Notes: generated by a model not told the origin, from the letters alone. Positions 1 to 11,705 are shown, counted from the whole stretch's first letter. The stretch: DNA of 63,794 nt, filler included, from Aduncisulcus paluster (GCA_024181965.1; 11 parts of 11 records of this genome joined end to end with filler, not necessarily neighbours in it); one strand, 5' to 3'. Translations and numbers: made by a program.

Positions 1-151
1 GAAAGTATTTGAAACTTTCGAAGCTCGAGATGGAAAATTTCCCATTTTGACACAGTTGTTGATTTCCACGACCCAAATAATACTTGTGTATCCCTCCCAT
101 AATCCTGTATCTATTCTCCAATTGCATCTTTAAACCATATTTGTTGCCTCA

Positions 152-766
152 ATGCCTGAAAAAGAGGATTACTTTGATTCCTCCGAGTATGTCTGCAAAA
201 TCTCGGATATAAGCAGTTCATCTGTTTCATATGGTTCCACATCGCCCAAATCATCCGCGTCATCTCCCATGCACCACTGTATGGAATCGTTAATCGACAG
301 TCGCAAAGGGAAAGATCTCCGTGCCAGCATCAACCGGAAAAAGCTGGCATTGGCCGATCCACGCGAAACAAAAACACTGTTAAAGTTTATTTGTACGACA
401 TTTTCCCGTCATTTGGTGCGGAATATGAAGGTGAACGGATATGACGATCTCACAAAGGAATCGAATTGGGATGAACGTGATTTCTCGGAATTGTTGGAGA
501 GATTTGTTCAATTCGTGAAACTATCCTTTTTCTTGGAACCATCTTTCCCATACCAATGTATTTTACTCCCTTCGACACAGAACCAGAAATATCGAAAGAA
601 AATTCACAATTTTATTGGAGAACTTGTCGATAAAATTGCCATTATGCACGAAAAGTTCTCAAAGGATGAAGTATATCGGGAGAAAGAGAGACAGGACCGA
701 TCAGACGAAGAAATCATGAGACAACGCCTTGAAGAATCCCTTTCGAGGCTGTCGGACAAGAAATAA
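152..766 (+). CDS. Hypothetical protein (204 aa)
   Basis: ATG-to-TAA ORF with a Ser-rich N-terminus and charged C-terminus; no motif recognised. Confidence 0.55.
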   Translation: MPEKEDYFDSSEYVCKISDISSSSVSYGSTSPKSSASSPMHHCMESLIDSRKGKDLRASINRKKLALADPRETKTLLKFICTTFSRHLVRNMKVNGYDDLTKESNWDERDFSELLERFVQFVKLSFFLEPSFPYQCILLPSTQNQKYRKKIHNFIGELVDKIAIMHEKFSKDEVYREKERQDRSDEEIMRQRLEESLSRLSDKK

Positions 767-1384
767 CGGCAATATCACTGGAACCATTGGAATTGGCAAT
801 GTTATAAACCATATTAATTGGTGTTTTTTGATATATTATATGTTCATACTGTTTGGTGCCTTGATTCATATCATGTTTATTTGTAATTTTCACGATATAT
901 AAACTTAATTAAAAGGAACAATCATAATATCGATGTAATTTCTCGAAATATGCTAAGATAAATTCTCAAACAATGAAAATATCCCTAGAAAATTTTGATC
1001 TTTTTTATCACTTTCTTTGCATAATTATCATGTGTTTTATCTTCCTCTTCTCCTTTTTCTTCCTTATCCCTTCCTATTTACCATATCAGTTTTGTTTTTA
1101 GTGATTTTTTGTTGATCCTTGTTAGTTGATGAAATACTTGTATAAAGATCATATACCTTTTATTATTCACCATAATAAATGTATTCATATCTATTTCTAC
1201 TCTATATTTAAGATAATGATAATGAATAGCGAGTTTGGTCCATAACAATGCCATTTCTATTAATATTCAATATTGAAATGCATAATTATTAAAACAGCGA
1301 ATAGTTTAATATATTTTATTTTTCGATTTTTAATTTCATTCTTTGATTAGTTTGTTCTTGCGCACTTCATTCATTTTGCTCAAT

Positions 1385-3079
1385 ATGCCACGTGAAATAA
1401 TATCAATTTTAGCCGGACAATGCGGCAATCAAATTGGATCTCAATTTTTTGAACGGCTTTGCTGTGAACATGGAATTGGTATGGATGGGACATGTGTCGA
1501 TCCCTCCGCTGAAACTGCCAGATTAGACAGTTTTTTTTACCTTTGTGATGATGGAACATATACTCCGAGAGCTGTTCTCGTTGATCTTGAGCCTCGTGTG
1601 ATTGATAGAATTAAAACAAAGTATTCATTTTGGAATCCCGAAAACATCCTTGTTGGTGAGAAAGGTGGTGGTGCAGGAAATCTTTGGGCAAATGGATATG
1701 CCCGTGGTCAAGATCTTGAAGAACAAATTACAAAAATAATCGATAGAGAAGCTCAAGATGCTGATTCATTAGAAGGTTTTGTTCTCACTCATTCTATTGC
1801 TGGAGGAACTGGTAGTGGAATGGGTAGTTACATTTTGGAATGCTTAAATGATAGATATCCCAAAAAACTGATTCAAACATATTCTGTCTTCCCAAATGCT
1901 CAAGCTGCTTCTGATGTTATTTTACAGCCATATAATTGTATTCTTTCAATGAAACGTCTTGCCTTGAATGCTGATAGCGTTGTTGTTTTTGATAATACAG
2001 CTCTTGATAGGATTGCCGGAGAACATTTGCATTTAGATAAACCCGATTTCGAACAAGTGAATCAGCTTGTATCAACCGTTATGGCTGCCACAACAACTAC
2101 ATTAAGGTATCCAGGATATATGAATAACGATTTAGTCGGTTTGATGGCTTCTCTGATTCCAACTCCCAAGTGCCATTTCCTCATGACTTCATATGCTCCC
2201 ATTACATCTGCTACCACCGCCCCTGTCTCTGCCGTTCACGCTACAACAGCTGCTGACGCCACTAAAAGCACTATCAAAAAGACATCTGTCCCCACTATCA
2301 TGACTTCTCTTCTGNNNNNNNNNNNNNNNNNNNNCGTTATGGCTGCCACAACAACTACATTAAGGTATCCAGGATATATGAATAACGATTTAGTCGGTTT
2401 GATGGCTTCTCTGATTCCAACTCCCAAGTGCCATTTCCTCATGACTTCATATGCTCCCATTACATCTGCTACCACCGCCCCTGTCTCTGCCGTTCACGCT
2501 ACAACAGCTGCTGACGCCACTAAAAGCACTATCAAAAAGACATCTGTCCCCACTATCATGACTTCTCTTCTGCAACCCAAAAATATTATGGTCAGTTGTG
2601 TTGGTGGCAGAGAAACCGAGATCAGAAGTGGAGCTCGGGGAATAATTAGCAAAATGAAAGGATCTTTCTTGAGTGTTTTGGACATTATTCAAGGAGATGT
2701 TACTACATCTGCCGTTCATCAAGCTTTACGTGGTATCAAGGCTCGTCCTGAACTTGCCAGGTTTGTTCCCTGGGGTCCTTCTTCCATCCACGTTGCCCTT
2801 GCCCGTAGATCAAAATATGTTGCTGCTCCTCACTCTGTAACTGGTCTTATGCTCGCCAATCACACTTCTATTCGTCATTTGTTTAGTCACACCGTTGCTC
2901 AATTTGATAAACTCTTTGATAAAGGGGCTTATTTGGCCGAATTCAGGAGAAGTGACCTCTTCATGGATAAGGAGGAAGAACTTCAAGCAGAATTCAAAGA
3001 TAGTGTCGAAGTTGTAAAAAGTGTTATTGAAGAATATAGAGTGGCCGAACAACCCGATTATCTCTCATTCAAACCGTAA
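1385..3079 (+). CDS. TUBG1: Gamma-tubulin (contains an artefactual 238-bp duplication around the N gap)
   Basis: Starts [18 protein letters not shown] at ATG 1385. Motifs [51 protein letters not shown] and [10 protein letters not shown] are diagnostic of gamma-tubulin. Confidence 0.97.
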   Translation: MPREIISILAGQCGNQIGSQFFERLCCEHGIGMDGTCVDPSAETARLDSFFYLCDDGTYTPRAVLVDLEPRVIDRIKTKYSFWNPENILVGEKGGGAGNLWANGYARGQDLEEQITKIIDREAQDADSLEGFVLTHSIAGGTGSGMGSYILECLNDRYPKKLIQTYSVFPNAQAASDVILQPYNCILSMKRLALNADSVVVFDNTALDRIAGEHLHLDKPDFEQVNQLVSTVMAATTTTLRYPGYMNNDLVGLMASLIPTPKCHFLMTSYAPITSATTAPVSAVHATTAADATKSTIKKTSVPTIMTSLLXXXXXXXVMAATTTTLRYPGYMNNDLVGLMASLIPTPKCHFLMTSYAPITSATTAPVSAVHATTAADATKSTIKKTSVPTIMTSLLQPKNIMVSCVGGRETEIRSGARGIISKMKGSFLSVLDIIQGDVTTSAVHQALRGIKARPELARFVPWGPSSIHVALARRSKYVAAPHSVTGLMLANHTSIRHLFSHTVAQFDKLFDKGAYLAEFRRSDLFMDKEEELQAEFKDSVEVVKSVIEEYRVAEQPDYLSFKP

Positions 3080-3168
3080 ATAAATATATTTAATCTTCTA
3101 AATCATTTTTCATGGCTATTCTGGGCGATTAATCTTGGTAAATTTTTTTCTCTTTTTTTGTCGCTGAA

Positions 3169-4971
3169 ATGCTTTCATTTTCTAGCAGTGGTCTTAAATC
3201 ATCCCTTTTGAGATCTTTTGGTGCAAAGGGTCTTCAAATTGAAGAACAACTATTGTTTGAATACCGTACGTTTCGACAATTCCTATTCTCAACGAATGCT
3301 TGATATTTTTATCACAATATCTCATATTTTTGTTTTATTCTTAACATATAAATTATTTTTGACATCATGTATTCTTTCCCACAAACGTTTCAAATTCTTC
3401 TACTTTCTTTTTTCAAAATTATTCCGAAAATCTCATTAATATCTCCTTTTTTTATACCCAATTAACTTTTTCTTAATCAACATATAAATATTTTTTCATT
3501 ATTCTTTCATTTTTCTATCACAGCTTCCTGTGATGGTCGCAGTGGTTTTCTCCTTGAAGAAGAGGAAGTTAAGTGTAAGAAGCCATCTTCTCTTGGAGAT
3601 TTAGAACGTAAGACCCCCATCGATCTCCCTTGTTTGTCCGAACCTCAGGTTACTCGTCACTACACCCGCCTCAGTACAAAGAATTTCTCCCTTGACCATG
3701 GTATGTACCCATTAGGTTCTTGCACCATGAAGTATAATCCTCGTTTGAATGAACACGTTGCTGCCCTCCCCGGATTCAGTGATATTCACCCTCTTCAACC
3801 TTTGAGCACTGTTCAAGGTGCCTTACGTGTGTTACAGAATGTTGGAGACGCTCTTCTCGAGATTACTGGTATGGATGGAGTTCACCTCTCTGCAGCCGCC
3901 GGTGCTCATGGAGAACTCACTGGTTTGATGACCATCCGTCAAGCTCTCGTTAACAGTGGTGACATTGCCACTAAGAATGTCATTTTGATTCCTGAGAGTG
4001 CTCACGGTACAAATCCAGCTACTGCCGCCATGTGTGGTTTTGAAACAGTCGTTGTTCCTGCCAGGAAAGAAGATGGATGTGTTGATGTTGAGTGTGTCCG
4101 TGATCTCTGCAAGAAACACAATGTTGCCGCTATTATGGTTACTAACCCATCTACCCTCGGTATGTTTGAGAAAGATATCAAGAAGATCGCTGATGTTATG
4201 CATGAAAATGGCGGATATCTCTATATGGATGGAGCCAACCTCAACGCATTGATGGGAAAAGCCAAAATCGCTGACTTTGGTGTTGATGCCCTTCACATCA
4301 ATGTTCATAAAACCTTATCCACTCCACATGCTGGTGGAGGTCCTGGAGCAGGTCCTGTTGTCTTCTCCAAGGCTCTCAGTGGTTTCATGCCCTCCCCCAA
4401 CGTCCACAGATTGAAGGATGGAACCCTCCACATCAGTGAACACCCTCATCTCACTTCATCTGGTCGTGTCAAACAATTCCATGGCCAGTTCAATGTTCTT
4501 GTCAAGACTCTTGCTTATATCCTTGCTCTTGGTGGTCGTGGAATTCGTCAGGTCAGTGAGGATGCTGTGATGAACGCCAATTACCTCCTCTCTCGCCTCA
4601 CCAAAGCTGGAATGACCCCAGCCATCCCTGGCAGACGTTGCATGCATGAATTTGTCCTCAGTGACAAATTCCTTAAGGACACTGGTGCATCAACCATGGA
4701 TATTGCCAAAGGTCTCCTTGACAATGGATTCCACCCAATGACCGTCTATTTCCCTCTCATTGTAAGTGGAGCCATGCTCATTGAGCCTACAGAGAGTGAA
4801 AGCCTTGAGACCTTGGATGAGTACTGCGAGATCCTCTCACGGCTCATGCACGAAGCAAAGACAGATGGTGAGAAAATGCACCATTATCCTAGTTTTACTC
4901 CTATCAAGAGATGTGACGAGGTGCTTGCTGCTAAGAAACCCATTTTAAGCTTCGACGATATTCCCAAGTGA
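3169..4971 (+). CDS. gcvPB: Glycine cleavage system P protein subunit 2; exons 3169-3265 and 3524-4971
   Basis: Motifs MYPLGSCTMKYNP, AGAHGELTG, SAHGTNPATA, HINVHKT (PLP lysine), PHAGGGPGAGP and IEPTESES. A GTACGT...ATCACAG intron (3266-3523) restores the in-frame N-terminus MLSFSSSGLKSSLLRSFGAKGLQIEEQLLFEYPSCDGRSGF. Confidence 0.93.
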
Positions 4972-5199
4972 TTTTATTCTTTTCTCCCTTCTCCAAACCC
5001 TCTCTATTGTTGTTAAGTGATGTTTTTCTACCACTCTCATCTCTAGTTAAGATCATCTTAAGATAAGATATTAACCCAAATAAAACACCATATATATTAT
5101 CACCGATCAGTTGAAGGCTTCCTCCAATAATAGGAGTCCTATCGATCAACATAGCGAGGTCATTTGTAATGGATCCGTATAATGGGTATTAATGGTGAT

Positions 5200-7971
5200 T
5201 CACCAGTATTCTTTATCAGATTTCTTCCCCTTTCCTTTCCCCTTCTTCTTTCCTTTCCCCTTTCCTTTTCCTTTCTCTTTACCTTTAACCACCGAAGCAA
5301 ACCATTCCACATCCTTTTTCTCCTCTATAACTTGCTTCAAAGACACAAGATCTTCTCCAATCCATTCTCCTTTCTTCTTCTTCTCTTTCTCTTTCTTCTC
5401 AGCTTCTTTCTTTTCTCCTTGGGAATGATCCTGATCTTTCTGCCCCGACAAAATGCCGCTTTTCTCTGATATTTCGAGGTGATGAGGAAGAAGTTCAGTG
5501 AACACTTCTTCTGCTCCGGATTTAGACATGATCCAATCGTCATCAGTGTCAGAAGGAAAAGGAATAAACACACCATCGGAATCAACGTAACCATTGGATG
5601 ATGAACCACTCATCAATTCTCGACACCGACGAGATTCCTCTTTCTCCCATTTCCGGCGTTGTTCTTTTGCTTGTTTGTTTGACCTTGCAAGTTTCTTGAT
5701 TCTTTCTTTGATTTGAATATCGACTTTCTTATGGGATTGACGTAACCATTCTTGAAATTTCTCAAACAACTTAGTTCTATTTTTAGAACCGGATTCCTTT
5801 TGCGTTTGATCCTCACCATCATGATGCTGCGTTGTTGTTGAATGTTCATCGATTCGTAGTTCTTTGGTATCTGAAACAATACCACGACTTTCAGTGGCAC
5901 TAAGAGTCATTGAAGGAATAATAACCTTTCCAAGAATAAAGAACAATCGAGATGAAAGCGGTGTAAAGTTCAAGAAAGGCATTCTTTTCCTCAGTTCCAT
6001 CATATCTCCACCATAAAACTCATCCATCCCAACTGTACATACCTGTGATGGCACATGAGACAAGGAAGAGGAAGAGGAAGAAGAGGAAGAGGAAGAAGAG
6101 GAAGAAGATTGAGAGAGATACACAGAGGGTATATTAGCCTGGTAATATGAAGGAGGTACACACATGGGATGTAGAAAACAATATGACGCATCATTGAGTT
6201 GGTAAAAGAAAGAGGAAGAAGAAGGAATGGGCGTAGATAAAGGGGAAAGGTATTTGAATGCATAGTGTGTTTCTGGAGTTGCATACACATCATGATATTG
6301 TTGGAAAGGACTTGAAACATCCCTTGAAGAGAAGAAATAACAATCTTTGTCTTTGTCTATAAGTTTATCCTTGTGTGCAACTGATAAGGAAGGAATGGAA
6401 ATATCTTCACAATCATGAGGTGCATTCTTTAAATACCATTCCCGGAGAGCTTGAATAACATTCGTCCAGTGCAGAGCAGATACAAGATCAGTTTCAACCT
6501 GATGGATGGCATATTCAACACATTGTTCGCTTGGCTCTCCTTTGTAAAGTTCAAGTGATGCCTTCAGAAAGTCTAATTCATTCTTGATAGTTTTTGTGAG
6601 AAAATAAACATAATTACTGGCTTGGAATGTGATATGGAGAAAATGTTCATAAAAGAGCGACAAAATACTGTCAGGATATTCACGAGGATTGAAAACATCA
6701 TTGTTGGGAAGCAAAGGAAGAAGAATAGAATATTCAATTAATGACGGATCAAGAACAGAGAGAGAAGAAGAAGGAGAGGATTTTGGAGGAGGAATAGAAA
6801 CTGAACTACTAAGAACTTTCTCGTGTCCTATTTTTGGAACAATATTAGTATCAGTATCGGATATTAAATGTTCTTTTTTACATATTATATCTTTTCTCAT
6901 TTCCTTACTTTCCTCTTTTCTATTAATATATTCATAGAGACAAGCGCACAGACAGAGAGGATCAAAAGAATATTTTAGAAAATGATGAACACAAGAACTC
7001 ACTTGAACACAAGATTCTCTCAATCTAAATTTAGACCTTATAATATTCTCACCATCAAAAGATGAGGATTTATATTTGTATCTAGTTGAATAAGGAAAAG
7101 ATGAAGAATCAGACGGAAGCACAGCAGGAACACAAACTATTGTATTGTGAATCCTCAAAATACGACGAAATAGAATATCATCTTGATTCTCACCAATGCT
7201 TGACTTTGAATGTTTCGTCTGACCCTGTAATTGTGTTGTTTTTAGAGAGGAAGAAGTTTTTTCGCCTGGGAAGAGTTCTTGTTGTGATATAGGAACCTCA
7301 GAAGTCTTTTTGACACCAAGAGTCCGTTTAGCTGATGATATTCGATGAGATATGGGCTGTCGAACATTCAATCGTTTCAAGCTATCGATAGTCATTGTTT
7401 TCTCTCCACACACACAACAAGAACAAATAAAGTCACGAGGAGGGAGACCTTCCATATGATCCAAGTCTGACGATGCAGTAGAAGGATGGTACGAGCCCTT
7501 ACTTTCTTGTTCATCTTTCTCACAGGCTAATTTCCATTGGAATCGCAAAAAATCAACGGCACAATGGAAACACACAGCATGTCCACATGATAATATCCGT
7601 AAAACAGGGGTTTCTTCAAGGCAAATAGGACACGAAGGAGGGACAAAGGCAGAATCAACAGAAAGATCGTTATCAGGAGTTAACTCAAGAGACACAACAT
7701 TTTTCCATTTTGGAACATGGCGGGAAGAATGTAGATAGGGTATTGGTTCATCAATAGTCATAGGAGGGATGATTGTAGTGATTGCATTACTATGACACAA
7801 TTGCCGAGGAGTAAACGAAGGAACAAATGTTTTTATGATGGGATCATGCCTTTTAATTGATTTTTGTTTGGGCATTGAAACATCAAATAAGCCAATACTT
7901 GCGATATCAACAACTTTAGGCTTGTGGCTTTTATCTTTGGTCTTTAGAAGTTTTTCACGACTTTTCGCCAT
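5200..7971 (-). CDS. RNF10: RING-finger E3 ligase, RNF10/Mag2-like
   Basis: C3HC4 RING CPICLEE...CGHAVCFHC...CCVC, plus family motifs FFYQLNDASYCFLHP and ELRKRMPFLNFTPL, and a basic C-terminal tail. Confidence 0.7.
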   Translation of the reverse strand: MAKSREKLLKTKDKSHKPKVVDIASIGLFDVSMPKQKSIKRHDPIIKTFVPSFTPRQLCHSNAITTIIPPMTIDEPIPYLHSSRHVPKWKNVVSLELTPDNDLSVDSAFVPPSCPICLEETPVLRILSCGHAVCFHCAVDFLRFQWKLACEKDEQESKGSYHPSTASSDLDHMEGLPPRDFICSCCVCGEKTMTIDSLKRLNVRQPISHRISSAKRTLGVKKTSEVPISQQELFPGEKTSSSLKTTQLQGQTKHSKSSIGENQDDILFRRILRIHNTIVCVPAVLPSDSSSFPYSTRYKYKSSSFDGENIIRSKFRLRESCVQVSSCVHHFLKYSFDPLCLCACLYEYINRKEESKEMRKDIICKKEHLISDTDTNIVPKIGHEKVLSSSVSIPPPKSSPSSSLSVLDPSLIEYSILLPLLPNNDVFNPREYPDSILSLFYEHFLHITFQASNYVYFLTKTIKNELDFLKASLELYKGEPSEQCVEYAIHQVETDLVSALHWTNVIQALREWYLKNAPHDCEDISIPSLSVAHKDKLIDKDKDCYFFSSRDVSSPFQQYHDVYATPETHYAFKYLSPLSTPIPSSSSFFYQLNDASYCFLHPMCVPPSYYQANIPSVYLSQSSSSSSSSSSSSSSSLSHVPSQVCTVGMDEFYGGDMMELRKRMPFLNFTPLSSRLFFILGKVIIPSMTLSATESRGIVSDTKELRIDEHSTTTQHHDGEDQTQKESGSKNRTKLFEKFQEWLRQSHKKVDIQIKERIKKLARSNKQAKEQRRKWEKEESRRCRELMSGSSSNGYVDSDGVFIPFPSDTDDDWIMSKSGAEEVFTELLPHHLEISEKSGILSGQKDQDHSQGEKKEAEKKEKEKKKKGEWIGEDLVSLKQVIEEKKDVEWFASVVKGKEKGKGKGKGKKKGKGKGKKSDKEYW

Positions 7972-8375
7972 AGTTGAAGGAGAATTATTACCCTATGGAC
8001 ACCAATAAATGACGATAAGCAAAGAAATCCTCAGATAAAATGGAAGATAATCGGATATTGGCGTTGCAGAGGGATATGATTATTTTAATGGCTTGTATTA
8101 GTTAATATATTGCTAACAATATTGAATTATTTTGTGAAAGTAATATATAGGGACTCTCAGATGACAGAACAATTTTCCAAATCTATCAGTGAAATAACTC
8201 ATTTTTAGAAATTATTATACCGTTAAATATTTATTATATTACAATATTAAAATAAAGAATCCATTTATATTCGATACTTCTTTTTCTAATGGTGATTTTG
8301 GAATGATTCATTATTTCCCACTCTTTTGGGACCTTATATTTTTATTATTCCCCGGATTTTAAAGTAATATTTACA

Positions 8376-8756
8376 ATGGATAAAAAAGAAAAGCCTTCTA
8401 AAGATTTTGGAAATGTATTTTCAAAGATACTTGAAAAGGATATCGAAGGTGATGTTCTTGCCGAAAGGAAGAAAAGAATAGAAGACGTTGATGCAGCCCA
8501 ACATGAAGAAAGTATTCAACATGCTATTACTGAGATGAGAAAACAACAAATGAGAGAAGGATATGATGAAACTCTTGGCGATGTTTCTGTTGAAACAAAA
8601 CTTCATGGAATTGCCGAACGAGGTATAATCAAGCTTTTTGAGACCATTTTCGAGGCTCAAAGGGTTGAACAGACACAAACAGAATATTCAAAAGAACAAA
8701 GAATATTGATGGGGAAAGAAGAAGAAATCGAATTTGAGGACTCAGAATTGGAATAA
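8376..8756 (+). CDS. RRP15: Ribosome biogenesis protein Rrp15-like
   Basis: ETKLHGIAERGIIKLFETI resembles the Rrp15 core motif (E..L..IA.RGVV.LFN.V). Confidence 0.7.
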   Translation: MDKKEKPSKDFGNVFSKILEKDIEGDVLAERKKRIEDVDAAQHEESIQHAITEMRKQQMREGYDETLGDVSVETKLHGIAERGIIKLFETIFEAQRVEQTQTEYSKEQRILMGKEEEIEFEDSELE

Positions 8757-8935
8757 TAATTAATTTATTTAACATTTTAAACTATCCAAAACAAATTATC
8801 ATGGAAATATTACAAATACTTGTGATGGCCACCGGCATCAACCGGCATGTAGTATAGTGAAAGAAAAAGAGTTTGTTGGGGAAAATAAAACTTTAAATAA
8901 ATTTATTATATTAAAATATTGCTCAAAATAGCAAG

Positions 8936-9362
8936 TTATACCTGTTCATCTGGTCCAATTTCTTTTTTCTTTTTCATTTCCTTTCTCACTTCTTTTAAAT
9001 CCACAATAACAACACATCCATCCATATGTTTTCCCATCACTACACATTCGTGGCAATACAATGCCTTGTGGATGCCTTTAGCTCCACAAATAAGACATTT
9101 TCCCTTTGTTTGACTATTGGAGGCACAATAGTCGCATATTTTAACTTCTTCCTCTAAAAAAAAGTGTGAATCGCACAAAGGACATCTTCCATCACATTTA
9201 TCACACAATAATCCAATTGTATCACCAACCTGACGACGACAAAATACCAAATCGGGATCTTGGACGAATAATGATTAATATGAAATAAAAACATAAAAAA
9301 TTAGAAAATAAATCATCCATTTTGGATTAAAAAATTAAATACATACGATACCGAGCGGCCAT
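8936..9362 (-). CDS. PHF5A: PHF5A/Rds3 (SF3b subunit); exons 9362-9347 and 9258-8936
   Basis: CDKCDGRCPLCDS, ICDYC, CLICG, YCHEC and DGC zinc ligands. An 88-nt GTATGT...AAG intron (9259-9346) gives the conserved start MAARYHPDLVFCRRQ. Confidence 0.95.
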
Positions 9363-9514
9363 AATGCGAGAAAATCGAGTCACCAGTGGAAGTCACTTCC
9401 GAAGTACTTGTCCAAGTTCGACCTGAACGGTTCAGGTATAATGGACTACGACACTAAAATTAAAACATAAAAGAACATTTATTATTCCAAATAAAAAAGA
9501 GGAGTTAATTGACC

Positions 9515-11260
9515 TTATTCCTCCTTCTTATGTTTCTTCTCTTTCTTTTCTTTTTTGTGTTTCTTCTCCTTCTTTTCCTTCTTCTCTTTCTTTTCTTTCT
9601 TATCCTTCTTCTCTTTCTTTTCCTTTTTCTCCTTCTTCTCCTTTTTGTGTTTCTTTTCTTCCTTCTTTTCTTCCTTCTCTTCTTCCTTCTTTTCTTCCTT
9701 GGTTTCAATTTCTTCAATCATCTTCTTTTCCTTCTTCTCTTTCTTGCTTTCTTCATCCATGACAACAGAAGCGTGTTTCTTTGTGAGAGCCTTCATTTCC
9801 TTGGCCTCGACTTTCTCCTCGTCTTCCTTCTTTGCTGAGGAAGTTCTTCTTTTGCCAATGTTTATGCTCTTCAGTTCCATGGAAGAACCATTGCTCCCAT
9901 GAGAAGCTTTCCCACCAGTGACATCCTTCTTGAGGACAAAACTCTTTCTCTCAGAACCTTTTCCATTCTGTTTGGCAGCCTTACGCTTGTTTTGGGTCTT
10001 GATGGCACGTCCTTCAAGTTCACTGGCACGTCTCTCAAGATACTCCCTTGAGTAGACACCAAACTTGTTGTCCAATTTACCTTCCCTTCCCCATGTGGAA
10101 GGAGCAGTCTCTTCCTCTTCTTCTTTCTCTTTCTTCGCCTCTGGTTCAGTGTGAACAATGGCATCTTGCTCAATCCTGTTGTCGGGAGTGTAGAAGGCAT
10201 CCATACGCACGGCAAGAGAGGCACGGGCAGCCTGGGAACGAGCCATTCTTCCCTTGTTTTTGGAATTAGATTGACCAACGATACTGCTTCCATAGATGAT
10301 ACCATACTTGGGAGTGTAATGCTTGGTCTTGATGGCACGGAAGAAGGCCTTCTCGGCTCCAAGAAGCTGCAAAGTACTGGCGGGGAACTTGGCCAAATTA
10401 ATCAAAGATCCAGCATGAGAAACCAAACGAGCACCAATGATTTCTCCCACAACCTCAGTAAGGTTGGGGGAAATGGTGTGCATCCTGGATAAAAGGAAGT
10501 CCTGAGTACTCTGACGAGTGATAGAAAGGTTCAATGTCTCAGTGGCAACTCCTGTAATCAAGAGCATGTCTTGTTTGGACACCTCAGTTCCCATAGAGAG
10601 CTCGGCTTCATCACGAACCAACTCAGCAACTTCATCAGATAAAAAGCTCAAATCAACCTTAGAGGCATTCTTTTTATCGCCACAAATAATAACAAATTGG
10701 GCGTAATCAGCTCCTTTTGTCAATATCTTGGCCAATTCGGGGAAATGCCACCCATACCATTCACGAAGACGCATAACATATAAATTCAACTGTTTCTCAA
10801 GTTCTTGAAGCAAACAAATTGACTGAACGATCATTGTATCGGCTCTATCAGCTGAAAACTTCAACTTATAACGACACAATGAATGGGCGAGAGCAAGACT
10901 GGCTTGATCAGCATGGGCATCAGGAACAAGAGTATCAAGCTTTTCCTTAACAGTTCTAAAATCATCAATGTTGCTGGAGCTGAATTGATACTGAACATTC
11001 TTCAGAGGCAAACGTTCGAGCAAGTTCTTCTTAAGGGGAGCATCTCCAACAATAAGAGTTCTACCTTTGAGAATTTTCTCATTTTTAGTCAAAAATGAAC
11101 ACAAAATTGATGGTAATTTGTTTGTGGAAAGGGCAAGAGCACATGAAGCAGCCTCAGCGACAGAGCCAAAAGCTTCATAAGCTTCAACGGAAAGAGGCTT
11201 TGAATTAACCAAAGCGAGTCCGCTTGCGGTCTCAAACAATATCATTTCGCTTTTCACCAT
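9515..11260 (-). CDS. NOP58: Nucleolar protein Nop58 (C/D snoRNP)
   Basis: MILFETASG, LAHSLCRYKLKFS, DTMIVQS, REWYGWHFPEL, PASTLQLLGAEKAFFRA, TPKYGIIY and a KKE-repeat tail. Confidence 0.92.
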   Translation of the reverse strand: MVKSEMILFETASGLALVNSKPLSVEAYEAFGSVAEAASCALALSTNKLPSILCSFLTKNEKILKGRTLIVGDAPLKKNLLERLPLKNVQYQFSSSNIDDFRTVKEKLDTLVPDAHADQASLALAHSLCRYKLKFSADRADTMIVQSICLLQELEKQLNLYVMRLREWYGWHFPELAKILTKGADYAQFVIICGDKKNASKVDLSFLSDEVAELVRDEAELSMGTEVSKQDMLLITGVATETLNLSITRQSTQDFLLSRMHTISPNLTEVVGEIIGARLVSHAGSLINLAKFPASTLQLLGAEKAFFRAIKTKHYTPKYGIIYGSSIVGQSNSKNKGRMARSQAARASLAVRMDAFYTPDNRIEQDAIVHTEPEAKKEKEEEEETAPSTWGREGKLDNKFGVYSREYLERRASELEGRAIKTQNKRKAAKQNGKGSERKSFVLKKDVTGGKASHGSNGSSMELKSINIGKRRTSSAKKEDEEKVEAKEMKALTKKHASVVMDEESKKEKKEKKMIEEIETKEEKKEEEKEEKKEEKKHKKEKKEKKEKKEKKDKKEKKEKKEKKEKKHKKEKKEKKHKKEE

Positions 11261-11705
11261 CTTCTACTCAACCAAATAAAAAAAATGTGATTAGCCAAGT
11301 TCCATTTTTAGAAATGAAAACATTAAGCAATAATTTTATAATTTATGGGGATTTCTTTGGAATTGATAATTATATTTATCTATTTATGCAATGGAAAAAA
11401 TGATTGCTTTTAAATCGCGTTTCCCTCGTGATTAGAAAATAATAATGGCCAATGATAAGACGAAACAAATCAAAAAACTAAAAATTAAGGGAAAAGGGAT
11501 GACCAAACCNNNNNNNNNNNNNNNNNNNNCAACCAAATAAAAAAAATGTGATTAGCCAAGTTCCATTTTTAGAAATGAAAACATTAAGCAATAATTTTAT
11601 AATTTATGGGGATTTCTTTGGAATTGATAATTATATTTATCTATTTATGCAATGGAAAAAATGATTGCTTTGAAATCGCGTTTCCCTCGTGATTAGAAAA
11701 TAATA

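Noticed and set aside
2077-2572. Apparent internal domain duplication in gamma-tubulin (likewise 11269-11770 and 30168-30795)
   Set aside because: Exact or near-exact copies directly flank 20-N gaps, which indicates scaffolding overlap artefacts.
8820-8860. TGTAGTAT (U2 branch-pairing-like) with an ACCGGCAT repeat
   Set aside because: Flanking U2 stem I and stem IIa sequences are absent.
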